Source: a virus (lineage: Duplodnaviria; Caudoviricetes). Taken from it: 64,000 bases of DNA. Every line of letters starts with the position of its first letter. The stretch's first letter is position 1. The stretch lies in the IMG/VR virus record IMGVR_UViG_3300001598_000051, positions 4,089 to 68,088 of that record; one strand, given 5' to 3'. This document shows, one piece after another, positions 1-9,033 of the stretch. The notes beneath the pieces are model-generated. The model saw nothing but the letters and a program-made list of their open reading frames with translations. It ran no database searches and had not been told where the DNA came from. Made by a program: the position numbers and the translations under genes.

Positions 1-72
1 AATATTACAGTTCTGAACCTGGAGCAGACAGCGGCTGGCTGCACATTTGGAGACATATAAACTCATTTCGAT

Positions 73-1182
73 ATGGCAAATAACAATTTGACAACAATCA
101 AGCTGGGCGCACCATCACACATAAAGGGTGGTGTCTGCCCGCTTGCAGATTTGACAGTTCAGATTATGGAGAACTGCGGAGAACTTTCGCTCAACGACAA
201 GACCAGCAAGTGTACCAAATACGGATCCATAAAAACAGCGGCTAAACTCATTGGCCAGCTACTGGAAGAAAGGAGCGTCACAGAGAGTGCGGATGGCTGC
301 GAAATCGTATATACAAACGAAAACTACGCAGATGTGATTGCAAGCGGAGGTTCTTTGGGCCTGTCAATGAAAGTAAACGGAAGCGCGGTGAAAGCTCTTT
401 ATTTTATGGACGTAATAGATTATGAGGGAACAGAACCTACCATCTCTGGCAACGTAGTTACATGTAACAATTTTGCAAATGTGAAAATCAAGGCTGTGGA
501 TGTAACAAACAAAGAAAATGTAGCGTTTAAGAATATCGTATTCTGCCTTTCATACGATATCGAATACAAAGAACTCGTTGATGAGTTCCCGGACTTTATA
601 TATTCTTTAGTTGAAAGCGATAATACGCCTTGGCTGCACGACAACGGAACAACATCGTCTGCATACATCGACCTTGGAATTAAGCATACAGCAGGAAACT
701 ACTATGAGGCAGACGTCATGCTTATAAGAGGATCTGAAAATCATTTGATATTCGGTACTATCAGCGGAACCAAGCTCGGACTTGCAGGAAATTCCGGAGG
801 AAAACAAGGATGGTGGGTAGCGCAAGGAAACGAGGTCGGAGGTTTAGGTGGTTCTATCACAAAGAACGAGAAACTTTCAATCGTATTCAAGCCATCGACA
901 AAGAAACTCACGGTAAACGGAACAGAAATATCAGCATCGTCAAGCAATGAAGCAGCAACGACAACGAATCTGTATCTGTTCTATGTAAACGGATGGACGG
1001 CCTCTTGGGGACGAAGCGAGGTGGCAATATCGAAATTCGTTGTCAAAAACTCAAGCGGAGAGGTGCTTCATAAATTCATTCCATTCAAGAGAAACAACGT
1101 GTATGGAATGATAGACCTTGTAACGAAAGAGTTCTATCAGGACAAGACCGGAAACAATGGGTTCACATATACTTTAGAATAA
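73..1182 (+). CDS. Tail-fibre-associated protein with C-terminal ConA/LamG-like lectin domain
   Basis: 369-aa ORF; C-terminal beta-rich segment (AYIDLGIK...LHKFIPFKRNNVYGMIDLVTKEFY) typical of Bacteroidales phage lectin-like modules; lies upstream of lysis genes. Confidence 0.55.
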   Translation: MANNNLTTIKLGAPSHIKGGVCPLADLTVQIMENCGELSLNDKTSKCTKYGSIKTAAKLIGQLLEERSVTESADGCEIVYTNENYADVIASGGSLGLSMKVNGSAVKALYFMDVIDYEGTEPTISGNVVTCNNFANVKIKAVDVTNKENVAFKNIVFCLSYDIEYKELVDEFPDFIYSLVESDNTPWLHDNGTTSSAYIDLGIKHTAGNYYEADVMLIRGSENHLIFGTISGTKLGLAGNSGGKQGWWVAQGNEVGGLGGSITKNEKLSIVFKPSTKKLTVNGTEISASSSNEAATTTNLYLFYVNGWTASWGRSEVAISKFVVKNSSGEVLHKFIPFKRNNVYGMIDLVTKEFYQDKTGNNGFTYTLE

Positions 1183-1188
1183 CGTATT

Positions 1189-3090
1189 ATGAGAAAGATA
1201 AAGGTAAATATCAAAGGACATGGTTCTGTAGAGCTATCGAATAAGGAAATAGAAAATCTTTACAACGCTATCGGTATATACACAAGCGACAGCGACATCT
1301 CCGGAACTGTCACAAGCGTTGTGGCATACAGAAAGCAGGTAGATGCGCTGATGGAAAGATTTGCAAACCTTACTATCACAGCGGACTCATATCTGCTTGA
1401 GTTTGAAGACGAGTTGGTACTAAGCATGCTGCTTGAAGCAGGAATAGGAATGGATGGAGGTATAACACAGGAGCAGGCAGAGGCTGCGCAGGAATTTCCC
1501 ACATTCTCTTATTCTGAAATAATATCGTTCAAGGAGGCTAAATATTTTAAGAATGCAGAAATAGTACAATCAGCTTTTGCTCAATGTTTAAGTTTGAAAT
1601 ATATAGACTTAAGCGGACTTAAAACAAACAGTTTATACTCGATGTTTACTGGGTGCAGTTCTCTTATTAGTGCAAATCTTGCTAATCTTAATACGGAGAA
1701 TGTAACCAACACAGGTAATGCGTTTCAAAATTGCTCATCTTTAACAAGTCTAAATGTAAGTGGTTGGAATACGAGAAATTTTACATCATTAAATTCAATG
1801 TTTAGAGAATGTTCAAGTTTGAAAAATTTGGATTTAAGCAGTTGGGACGCAACGAAAATTACATATTTAGGCTATGCATTTAATAGTTGCAGTTCGTTAG
1901 AAAATATCAATTTCAGCGGTTGGAATACAGGACAAATAACGAATGCAGATAGCGCTTTCTCTGGATGTGCCTCGTTGAAAAGTCTTGATTTAAGCGGATT
2001 CAATTTTAGTAAATGTGTTAATTTTAGTGGCACATTTTCTGGATGCTCTTCTTTGACAAGCATTGGTGTTTCTGGAATTGTATCTGGAGCATGTACATCA
2101 ATTAAAAACATGTTTCAGAATTGTTCCTCTCTCACAAACATCGATACAAGCGGATGGAATACAAGCAATGTGTATAATATGGATTCTGTTTTCTATGGTT
2201 GTTCTTCTCTAACAAGTATAGATGTAAGTGGATTTGACACTGGAAACGTTACAACTTTTCAAAACATGTTTAACGGATGTTCTAAGCTTACCAGCGTAAA
2301 CGTCAGCGGTTTTAATCTCGGAAAATACACTGCAGTACAAAGCATGTTTGAAGGTTGCTCATCTCTTACAAGCCTTGACCTTAGTAGCTGGGATGTTAGC
2401 AAAATAAAAAATATTAACAATCTTCTGCAAAACTGCTCTTCGCTGAAAAATTTGAACGTTAGTGGGTTTAATTTTGCTACAAGCTGCAATGCAACTTATA
2501 TGTTCTGCGCATGCAGATCGCTCACAAGTATAGACGTAAGCAGTTGGAATACTATTGGAATAACGAATATGTCAAATATGTTTAGAGATTGCTCATCGCT
2601 TACAAGCCTGGATTTGAGTAACTGGAACACGAGCGCATGCACAACGATGGATTCAATGTTTTATGGCTGTTCGAAACTGACGAGCATAAATTTGAGTGGA
2701 TGGGACACAAGTAATGTAACGAGTATTACTTATATGTTTAGGGCATGTAGTTCGCTGACGAGTCTTGATTTGACGAGCTTCGACACGTCGAAAATTACAT
2801 CTTTCAGTAATCCTTTTTACAGTTGCGATAACGTTTCTTCGTTTAAGGTTTCTTCTTCGTTTTTCAATTGCTCTACAAGAAGCTCAAATGCAATTGTGGA
2901 TTTTTCATCAGTGTTTTCTTTAAGAAGTTGGGTGAATGAAGAAGAGATAACAGCATTCTTGAACTGCCTTCCAGATTTAACAGCATTATCAAGAGCAGGA
3001 ACGATTCAGCTTTCTGCGAACACATACGCAAAGGTGACATCAGACCAGATTACCGCATGTAGTGCGAAAGGTTGGACCATTAAAAAATGA
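1189..3090 (+). CDS. DUF285/BspA-like leucine-rich-repeat protein (putative adhesin or receptor-binding protein)
   Basis: About 16-17 tandem 26-aa repeats of the type CSSLTSLDLSxWDTSNVTNMxxMFxx. Confidence 0.85.
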   Translation: MRKIKVNIKGHGSVELSNKEIENLYNAIGIYTSDSDISGTVTSVVAYRKQVDALMERFANLTITADSYLLEFEDELVLSMLLEAGIGMDGGITQEQAEAAQEFPTFSYSEIISFKEAKYFKNAEIVQSAFAQCLSLKYIDLSGLKTNSLYSMFTGCSSLISANLANLNTENVTNTGNAFQNCSSLTSLNVSGWNTRNFTSLNSMFRECSSLKNLDLSSWDATKITYLGYAFNSCSSLENINFSGWNTGQITNADSAFSGCASLKSLDLSGFNFSKCVNFSGTFSGCSSLTSIGVSGIVSGACTSIKNMFQNCSSLTNIDTSGWNTSNVYNMDSVFYGCSSLTSIDVSGFDTGNVTTFQNMFNGCSKLTSVNVSGFNLGKYTAVQSMFEGCSSLTSLDLSSWDVSKIKNINNLLQNCSSLKNLNVSGFNFATSCNATYMFCACRSLTSIDVSSWNTIGITNMSNMFRDCSSLTSLDLSNWNTSACTTMDSMFYGCSKLTSINLSGWDTSNVTSITYMFRACSSLTSLDLTSFDTSKITSFSNPFYSCDNVSSFKVSSSFFNCSTRSSNAIVDFSSVFSLRSWVNEEEITAFLNCLPDLTALSRAGTIQLSANTYAKVTSDQITACSAKGWTIKK

Positions 3091-3350
3091 AAATGAAAGC
3101 GATTACAAAACTCATTGAGAAAATTGGGGCAGACAAGGCGCTGCACTTTACAACGGGAGCAGCCATCGATGCTATGCTGCTTCCGTTTGGGAAAGAATAC
3201 ACCATTCTTGGAATCGTGTTTGTGTGGATGATAAGCTGCACAAAGGAGCTGTTTGACAGCTTCGAAGAAGGGAACAAGTGCGACTGGTGGGACGCGATTG
3301 CAGGTACGATAGGGGCGGCGTGTATGTGCGGGTGGTGTTATGTTGTATAA
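3087..3350 (+). CDS. Small membrane protein (VanZ-like or holin-like)
   Basis: DKALHF...KELFD...DWWDAIAG pattern, 2-3 hydrophobic segments, ATGA overlap with upstream gene. Confidence 0.55.
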   Translation: MKMKAITKLIEKIGADKALHFTTGAAIDAMLLPFGKEYTILGIVFVWMISCTKELFDSFEEGNKCDWWDAIAGTIGAACMCGWCYVV

Positions 3351-3352
3351 CT

Positions 3353-3391
3353 ATGGAACTGAGACTACAGAGAGTGTGGAAACGCGAATAA
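3353..3391 (+). pseudogene. 12-codon relic resembling the N-terminus of a DUF5675 endolysin (MELRLQRVWKRE*)
   Basis: ATG 2 nt after the previous stop; peptide resembles the MELxLxR start of DUF5675 proteins; stops early and is followed by a terminator. Confidence 0.4.
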
Positions 3392-3401
3392 TAAAAAGTA
3401 A

Positions 3402-3449
3402 AATGAAGGCATTGAAAAACATTTTTTCTTTGCCTTCATTCTTTTTTTT
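3402..3449 (+). terminator. Intrinsic terminator
   Basis: AATGAAGGCA (3402-3411) pairs with TGCCTTCATT (3431-3440), followed by T8. Confidence 0.65.
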
Positions 3450-3521
3450 GTTAAAATGGGATAAAAAGCAAGTAAATTAAAAAGTTTACCAACTAAAATA
3501 GTTTTTTGTAAAAAAAAGTGC

Positions 3522-3529
3522 TATCTTTG
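3522..3529 (+). promoter_or_regulatory. Bacteroidetes -7 promoter box upstream of lysis genes
   Basis: TATCTTTG matches the TAnnTTTG consensus, 40 nt before the holin ATG in AT-rich intergenic DNA. Confidence 0.7.
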
Positions 3530-3569
3530 CAGCGCATATTGCAAACTAAATCAATAAATTACACAGGCA

Positions 3570-4034
3570 ATGAAACACATTATAGACCTCATCCAGGAAA
3601 GCAATCTAATTAGCATGACGACATGGCTCGTTATCACCTATGCAGCGACGCTTGGTGCGTGTTTGATAGACCTTGCAGCAGGACTATACAAGGCCATCAA
3701 GTCCGGACAGGCAACAACAAGCACAGGACTGCGAAAGACATGCACAAAAGCACAGCATTACTTCTTGCCAATGCTATGTTTGAGTTTCGCAGATTTCCTG
3801 GCAGCGACACTGTTTACATTTCCACCATTCTCGATGTGCTGGGCAGCATTCTGCATATCATGCGAATTTAAGAGCGTCCTGGAGAAATCTGCAACCAAGG
3901 AACAGATACGAGAAGCAACAAATACCATGGGCGTTATCATCAAGAACAAGGAAGATCTAGCACAAGCGCTTATGGAAGTAATGAAGCAAGTAGAACAGAA
4001 AAAAGCCAACGACTATGAAAGTAGAACAGATTAG
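3570..4034 (+). CDS. Holin
   Basis: 154 aa, three hydrophobic segments, charged C-tail, directly upstream of the putative endolysin. Confidence 0.7.
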   Translation: MKHIIDLIQESNLISMTTWLVITYAATLGACLIDLAAGLYKAIKSGQATTSTGLRKTCTKAQHYFLPMLCLSFADFLAATLFTFPPFSMCWAAFCISCEFKSVLEKSATKEQIREATNTMGVIIKNKEDLAQALMEVMKQVEQKKANDYESRTD

Positions 4035-4512
4035 AGTGGCAAACGTCCACAAGCCAGGATCCGGACGGGCATATTGTATCAGCCATGTCTATATAAACGG
4101 GAAATACAGCCATGATGCCATAGAGGACTACGACAGAGGCCTGGATTGGAGTATGGCAAAGGAAGATATTCAAGCCATCAAGATATACGCAAAGACTGCC
4201 ATACCAACCGGAATGTACAATGTACGGATGGATATAGTGAGTCCTAAATTCAGCAAGAAAGAATACTATGCTAATTTCTGCCGTGGCTATCTTCCAAGGC
4301 TGGAGAACGTGAAAGGATATGAGGGAGTGCTCATTCATTGCGGAATTGACGAAAACAGCTCTGCAGGTTGTATCATAGTTGGCGAAAACAAGGAGGTAGG
4401 AAAGGTTATCAATAGCAAGATTACCTTTGAGAGAATATATAACGCTTTCAAGGAAGCTCACAGGAAAAAGGAGAAAATCACCTACATCATAACAAGAAAA
4501 TATAAAGTATGA
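4015..4512 (+). CDS. DUF5675-family putative endolysin
   Basis: Motifs KTAIPTGxYNV, SPKF, GxEGVLIHCG, SAGCIIVG. Confidence 0.75.
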   Translation: MKVEQIRVANVHKPGSGRAYCISHVYINGKYSHDAIEDYDRGLDWSMAKEDIQAIKIYAKTAIPTGMYNVRMDIVSPKFSKKEYYANFCRGYLPRLENVKGYEGVLIHCGIDENSSAGCIIVGENKEVGKVINSKITFERIYNAFKEAHRKKEKITYIITRKYKV

Positions 4513-5009
4513 AACGGGGAATAGCCATTTTAATGGCATGTGTTGCGTTTATATTCCTTTGTGGGTGCAAGACACAACGTAAGGTAGAGATAAGCGAACA
4601 CGAGCAAAATAATGACAGCCTGCACAAGGTGACAAACGTAAAGGCAATCCAGGAAATAGAACGATGGACCGCTCAGCGCATTCTTGCAGATGCATCTAGC
4701 AGCGAATGGACTAAGATAAAGATCTACGACACATCGAAGGAAGGAAACCCGCTACTGATCGACATAGAACGACGTGACACGGCAAACATCAGCTATGACA
4801 TACAAACTACCGACTCTGTAGAAGAACAAAGCATAGAAGAAAAAACAGAGGACATAGAGAAGGTGCATAAACAAGAAACAAGTTACAACAAACAGGCAGA
4901 GACAATCGCAGAAGAGCGGATCAGCGACATCATCAGAAAAATTGCTCAGGCAGGATTCGTGGCGTTAATTCTTTACGGACTCTTCATACTCTATAAAAAG
5001 ATAAAATAA
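4509..5009 (+). CDS. Lipoprotein, candidate unimolecular spanin
   Basis: N-terminal lipobox (FLCG-C) plus a C-terminal transmembrane helix, in the lysis cluster. Confidence 0.6.
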   Translation: MKRGIAILMACVAFIFLCGCKTQRKVEISEHEQNNDSLHKVTNVKAIQEIERWTAQRILADASSSEWTKIKIYDTSKEGNPLLIDIERRDTANISYDIQTTDSVEEQSIEEKTEDIEKVHKQETSYNKQAETIAEERISDIIRKIAQAGFVALILYGLFILYKKIK

Positions 5010-5407
5010 TGGACAACAAGGTTATACTCGGACATATATTCAAAGCCATTGGAGAACAGCTTTGTGACTCAGAATCCAGGATGTACAACAGCGTAGTGTT
5101 AAGCAACGAGCAGATGGAATCTTGCATACGACTGCTCAAAGTAGCAAGCAGTCCTCAGACGCATATCCAGTACATCGGAGACCTGGCTATGAGATACGGA
5201 GTAACGGACAGGACCATACGAAACTGGATTAGAGCAGGAGCCATACCGAGAGGTAAGATGCACGACAGCGGAGACAACAGGGAATATTGGATGAGCCACG
5301 ATCTGTTTAAGATCGACGAAAGACTGATCGCAGGAGGATATGTGGACAGAGACGAGATAAGCCACGTTGATGAAAGACTTAAGACATTGCTATCAAATTT
5401 CAGTTAG
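5009..5407 (+). CDS. HTH DNA-binding protein (MerR/Xis-like)
   Basis: YIGDLAMRYGVTDRTIRNWIRAG helix-turn-helix pattern. Confidence 0.6.
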   Translation: MDNKVILGHIFKAIGEQLCDSESRMYNSVVLSNEQMESCIRLLKVASSPQTHIQYIGDLAMRYGVTDRTIRNWIRAGAIPRGKMHDSGDNREYWMSHDLFKIDERLIAGGYVDRDEISHVDERLKTLLSNFS

Positions 5408-5446
5408 GGGTAACATAGGTATTGTGATAATTAGTTATTAATGTAG

Positions 5447-5476
5447 AGCAGGATGTAGGGATACATTCTGCTTTTT
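5447..5476 (+). terminator. Intrinsic terminator after lysis operon
   Basis: AGCAGGATGTA-GGGA-TACATTCTGCT hairpin followed by a T-run. Confidence 0.7.
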
Positions 5477-5571
5477 GTTTTCCATTTTTCGGAAATTGGA
5501 ATAATAATATCCTCTTTTTCAGTCGTTTATTTTTTGTTTTCACACTTCGCTGAGCAGATAGAAAAACACCG

Positions 5572-5579
5572 TACCTTTG
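5572..5579 (+). promoter_or_regulatory. Bacteroidetes -7 promoter box for the four-gene cassette
   Basis: TACCTTTG matches TAnnTTTG. Confidence 0.65.
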
Positions 5580-5644
5580 CAGTGCAAATCCTGAAGATTC
5601 GCGCGGTCGGAAGGAGGATAAAGCAATCAATAAAACATCGAATT

Positions 5645-6202
5645 ATGGACATTAAATTACAGGACGGAACTACAAAGTCTGTTACCGGATTGGGCGTAGG
5701 TGGCACAGCTTTGGGTCTTGGCATCGCCGGGACAGCTTTGGGACTCATGAACGGAGGCAGCGGCCTTCTTGGAGGTCTCTTCGGAGGAAACAACCGAACT
5801 AACATTATCAGCACATCTGGCGCGAGCGAGAACGATCCAGTGACACGCTACGAGGCAAACATGATGCTTGCACTCCAGGCAAAGGACTGCGAGATTGCGA
5901 ACCTGAAGGCAGACCAGTACACAGATAAGAAGCTGGTGGAAGTATTCAATGCACTCAACGACAAAGCCAACAATCTCACAGATCGTTTCAACGCAAAGTT
6001 TGAGAGCTTGACAGAGCGCATCCACCAGGAGCATGAGCAGCAGGCAGCAATCAATATGCAGCAGGCTGTCTACAACGGTACCAACACGGCTACCATTGCC
6101 AACCTTCAGGGACAGATCACTCAGCTGCAAAGCCTCTCGCAGATGGTAATACCACAGCGAAATGTATGTAACACATGCTGCGGATGCCCATGCGCTCAGT
6201 AA
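5645..6202 (+). CDS. Cassette gene 1: Gly-rich hydrophobic N-terminus, coiled coil, Cys-rich C-tail
   Basis: Likely start ATG 5645 (downstream of the promoter); GLGVGGTALGLGIAGTALG, then coiled coil, ending CNTCCGCPCAQ. Confidence 0.75.
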   Translation: MDIKLQDGTTKSVTGLGVGGTALGLGIAGTALGLMNGGSGLLGGLFGGNNRTNIISTSGASENDPVTRYEANMMLALQAKDCEIANLKADQYTDKKLVEVFNALNDKANNLTDRFNAKFESLTERIHQEHEQQAAINMQQAVYNGTNTATIANLQGQITQLQSLSQMVIPQRNVCNTCCGCPCAQ

Positions 6203-6218
6203 TAATTAAAAAACGGAA

Positions 6219-6647
6219 ATGACCATGTACTCAAACGCACAGAAACTATCGGCGGTCATCGCCAAATGGCTTGAGCCAGCAGTAGAACAGATCGGCATGG
6301 AGAGAATCATGGCGATACCTGCGCTCAACGCGATACAGAACAAAGTAAGGTCTACGGGATGGGTTGGGCCGAACTGGTCCATGGCCAAAGAGCTATCACC
6401 TTTCTTGAGCAAGGTTGGAAGCAAGGTAATGGAGCCAGTGATCCAGAGCATGATCAGCGGATACCCGGACAAAGAGCTACCAGCCATTGCGCACAGGATC
6501 GTAGATACAGCTATCGAACAAGGAGAGATCAAGTTGTTTGAAGGAAACGTAACGTTTAACGAAGACGACCTCCAGGTCTTGAAGAGATTGCTCGATATAA
6601 ACCTGCCTATGGAAGAAGCGGATGAGTACGTGGTCAAGACCGACTAA
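6219..6647 (+). CDS. Cassette gene 2, hypothetical
   Basis: 142-aa ORF, co-oriented and closely spaced. Confidence 0.75.
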   Translation: MTMYSNAQKLSAVIAKWLEPAVEQIGMERIMAIPALNAIQNKVRSTGWVGPNWSMAKELSPFLSKVGSKVMEPVIQSMISGYPDKELPAIAHRIVDTAIEQGEIKLFEGNVTFNEDDLQVLKRLLDINLPMEEADEYVVKTD

Positions 6648-6664
6648 CTAAAAAACGAAAGATT

Positions 6665-7066
6665 ATGATCGAGCTAACTCCTATAACAATCTCGGCGACG
6701 GAGCATGAATACATGATGGCTCTGACAGAGGGAGTATGCCCACCACAATGCATACTCAGCGAGAATCAGCCAATCGTTACGGTAAGCGCATCAGCAAAGA
6801 GTATCACGAACCCAGACGGTACAGCGCAGATCACGACCAAGGTGACAGGAACAATTACATGGACACCTCTAGGAAATGCGAACGCAATAGTACGTCAATT
6901 TGCGGAGACTTTCACTGATGGATTCACAGGATCTGGAGTACCAACCGTAGTATATACACTAGGGACTCCTGTAGTAGGTCTGCGAAAAGTGAACTGCTGC
7001 AGCAACTTTGCGAAGCAGGTTGTCATTAACCAGGCTATTACAATCACGCCTACGTTTCCGGCCTAA
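6665..7066 (+). CDS. Cassette gene 3, beta-rich Cys-containing hypothetical
   Basis: 133-aa ORF, Thr/Val-rich, Cys pairs (CPPQC, NCCS). Confidence 0.75.
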   Translation: MIELTPITISATEHEYMMALTEGVCPPQCILSENQPIVTVSASAKSITNPDGTAQITTKVTGTITWTPLGNANAIVRQFAETFTDGFTGSGVPTVVYTLGTPVVGLRKVNCCSNFAKQVVINQAITITPTFPA

Positions 7067-7092
7067 TGTACAACCATTAATACTCAGAAGCA

Positions 7093-7578
7093 ATGACGTA
7101 CAAGGAAATGGTGGATCTCGCACAAGAGCGAGGACACGGAAGCGAAAGAATGATGCATGAGAGCGTCGGTAACATCAGCGAGATGCTCTGCAAGCTCAAG
7201 GGTTACGACAGCAAGGCGTACTGGGAATTTATGCGCGATCAGCACGAGATACTCTACGGAGGTCACTATTCACCAGAATTTGCGGAATGGGACATCGAAC
7301 AGATGCACTGGACCGGGAAAGACGGAAGACAGCATACTGGTGCTCATTGGTCGAAAGAACAGATCCTGGAAGCAACAGCAGGTAAGACATTCCCGGCAGG
7401 CACTACAGACTGCGACAAATACGTAGCATTCAACTCTTATTACGCAGATATGTGCAAGACCAAAGACGAGGGTACCATCCTGGAAGACGCCTACAGGTTC
7501 TACTTCACGGATGAAGACGCACCGGAAGGAAAGGTATGGCACTACATGAGAGCCATGCACGAAAACAAGAAACAATGA
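7093..7578 (+). CDS. Cassette gene 4, helical hypothetical
   Basis: 161-aa ORF; His/Trp/Asp motifs (YGGHY, GAHWS, DKYVAFNSYYAD, FTDED, KVWHY). Confidence 0.75.
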   Translation: MTYKEMVDLAQERGHGSERMMHESVGNISEMLCKLKGYDSKAYWEFMRDQHEILYGGHYSPEFAEWDIEQMHWTGKDGRQHTGAHWSKEQILEATAGKTFPAGTTDCDKYVAFNSYYADMCKTKDEGTILEDAYRFYFTDEDAPEGKVWHYMRAMHENKKQ

Positions 7579-7650
7579 CGTTTCATGGTTATATAATGTG
7601 TATTTTGTAAAAAAGAACGGAAAAAATTTGGATAGCTGAAACAAAAGCGC

Positions 7651-7736
7651 TATCTTTGCACCGTTCTTTGTATGGCATCCGGACCTTTGGATGCTGTCGC
7701 TCACGTCCTAAGTTCCCTGGGGCGTGAGTTTTTTTT
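7651..7736 (+). ncRNA. Candidate small RNA (promoter, hairpin, terminator)
   Basis: TATCTTTG at 7651; hairpin 7674-7695; hairpin CTCACGTCC/GGGCGTGAG 7700-7728 followed by T8; no ORF. Confidence 0.45.
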
Positions 7737-7839
7737 GCGGATTACGGCGATATTTTGCGCGTGTTCGATTGTTAGTACAAAGGTGAGACAAGTACACACA
7801 TGAGAAGATAAACGCAGCGTGTGGAAAAATTAGGAGAAT

Positions 7840-9009
7840 TTAGTCGCGTTTACCATAAAGTACCCAGTCAATCACCTTGCGGTTCGCTTCATCTACCTTT
7901 TTCGTGTCAAAATTGATATATATATCCGTTACGGAGTGACTACCATGGCCAAGAGCTGCTGCGATTGTCTCCTTGGGGATATCTAAAGACGCGGCGATAG
8001 TCGCCCAGGAATGACGAGCATAATACGAGGTCACATTTTTGTTTATTTCAGAAATGCAGGTGTTTAGCGAATTGGCGAAAGCACGGTATGACTTACGGCC
8101 TTCAGTAAAAACCAGGAGATTAGATGATCCTTGATAGCGGTCAATGATTTCCTTTGCTTCCGGAAGGACAATGATATCGTACAAGCGGTTCGTCTTGTGT
8201 CTGTAGTATGTAATTCGGCCATTATTATAGTCGCTTTTCTTCAAGTTTAGTAGATCGGCAATGTTAATTCCGATAAGAAGAAAAATGAGTTTGAAGGTAT
8301 CTATATACTTTTGTTTATGTGGAGAAACTTCAGCGGAGAAGATAGACATAAGATCTTCAGGGCTTAGGCTTCTTTTTCGCGTTTCTACGTTTTTCATTTT
8401 GAACTTACGAAACGCATAGGTAGAGATGAGATCATTATCGATGGCATTATTTATACAAGCACGGATGCAACGCAGGTACAGGTTCTTCGTGTTAATACAC
8501 ACCTCGCCGCTATTGGACATCCAGTCGGAAAAATCGTTCAGCCACTTCTTGTTGATATCTTCGAGTTTAAGGATTTCAAGATCGCAGTCAAAAGCCTTCA
8601 TCTTTGATTCTGCTGATTTGTATATATCTATAGTACGAGGATTTTTGTGAGAATTTTTGAACGACTCATAATGTTCCAGGAACGACACGCTAATCTTATG
8701 GTCATACATTTTATTAATAACTGCGTCACGAACAGAGATCGCTGTAGCATGAGACAAAGAACCATCCAGGATAAGGCCACGGATACATTCGTCGATTTGA
8801 GCCTTTCGGATTGAGATGTATTCGTTCAGTTTTCTGGCATTACTGCAGTTTTTCTTAACAGCCTGGCGAACTGGATCCCATTGTTCTGCAGGTAGCGTCA
8901 AGTCAAGCGAGATATACGCAGCCTCTCGTTTAACAGATATTCGGATCTTTAGTGGATACCCTCCAGACTTTACTGAGCGCTTATCCAGATAGAACTTAGT
9001 TGTAACCAT
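7840..9009 (-). CDS. int: Tyrosine recombinase/integrase
   Basis: Likely start ATG 9009; N-terminal arm-binding-like region; catalytic boxes LIGINIADL, YYARHSWAT, LGH...TDIY. Confidence 0.92.
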   Translation of the reverse strand: MVTTKFYLDKRSVKSGGYPLKIRISVKREAAYISLDLTLPAEQWDPVRQAVKKNCSNARKLNEYISIRKAQIDECIRGLILDGSLSHATAISVRDAVINKMYDHKISVSFLEHYESFKNSHKNPRTIDIYKSAESKMKAFDCDLEILKLEDINKKWLNDFSDWMSNSGEVCINTKNLYLRCIRACINNAIDNDLISTYAFRKFKMKNVETRKRSLSPEDLMSIFSAEVSPHKQKYIDTFKLIFLLIGINIADLLNLKKSDYNNGRITYYRHKTNRLYDIIVLPEAKEIIDRYQGSSNLLVFTEGRKSYRAFANSLNTCISEINKNVTSYYARHSWATIAASLDIPKETIAAALGHGSHSVTDIYINFDTKKVDEANRKVIDWVLYGKRD

Positions 9010-9033
9010 AGAAGCTATATTATTATGCACACC

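Noticed and set aside
1-83. End of an upstream gene at the left edge
   Set aside because: Two frames are open (stop at 58-60 or at 81-83) and cannot be distinguished from this fragment
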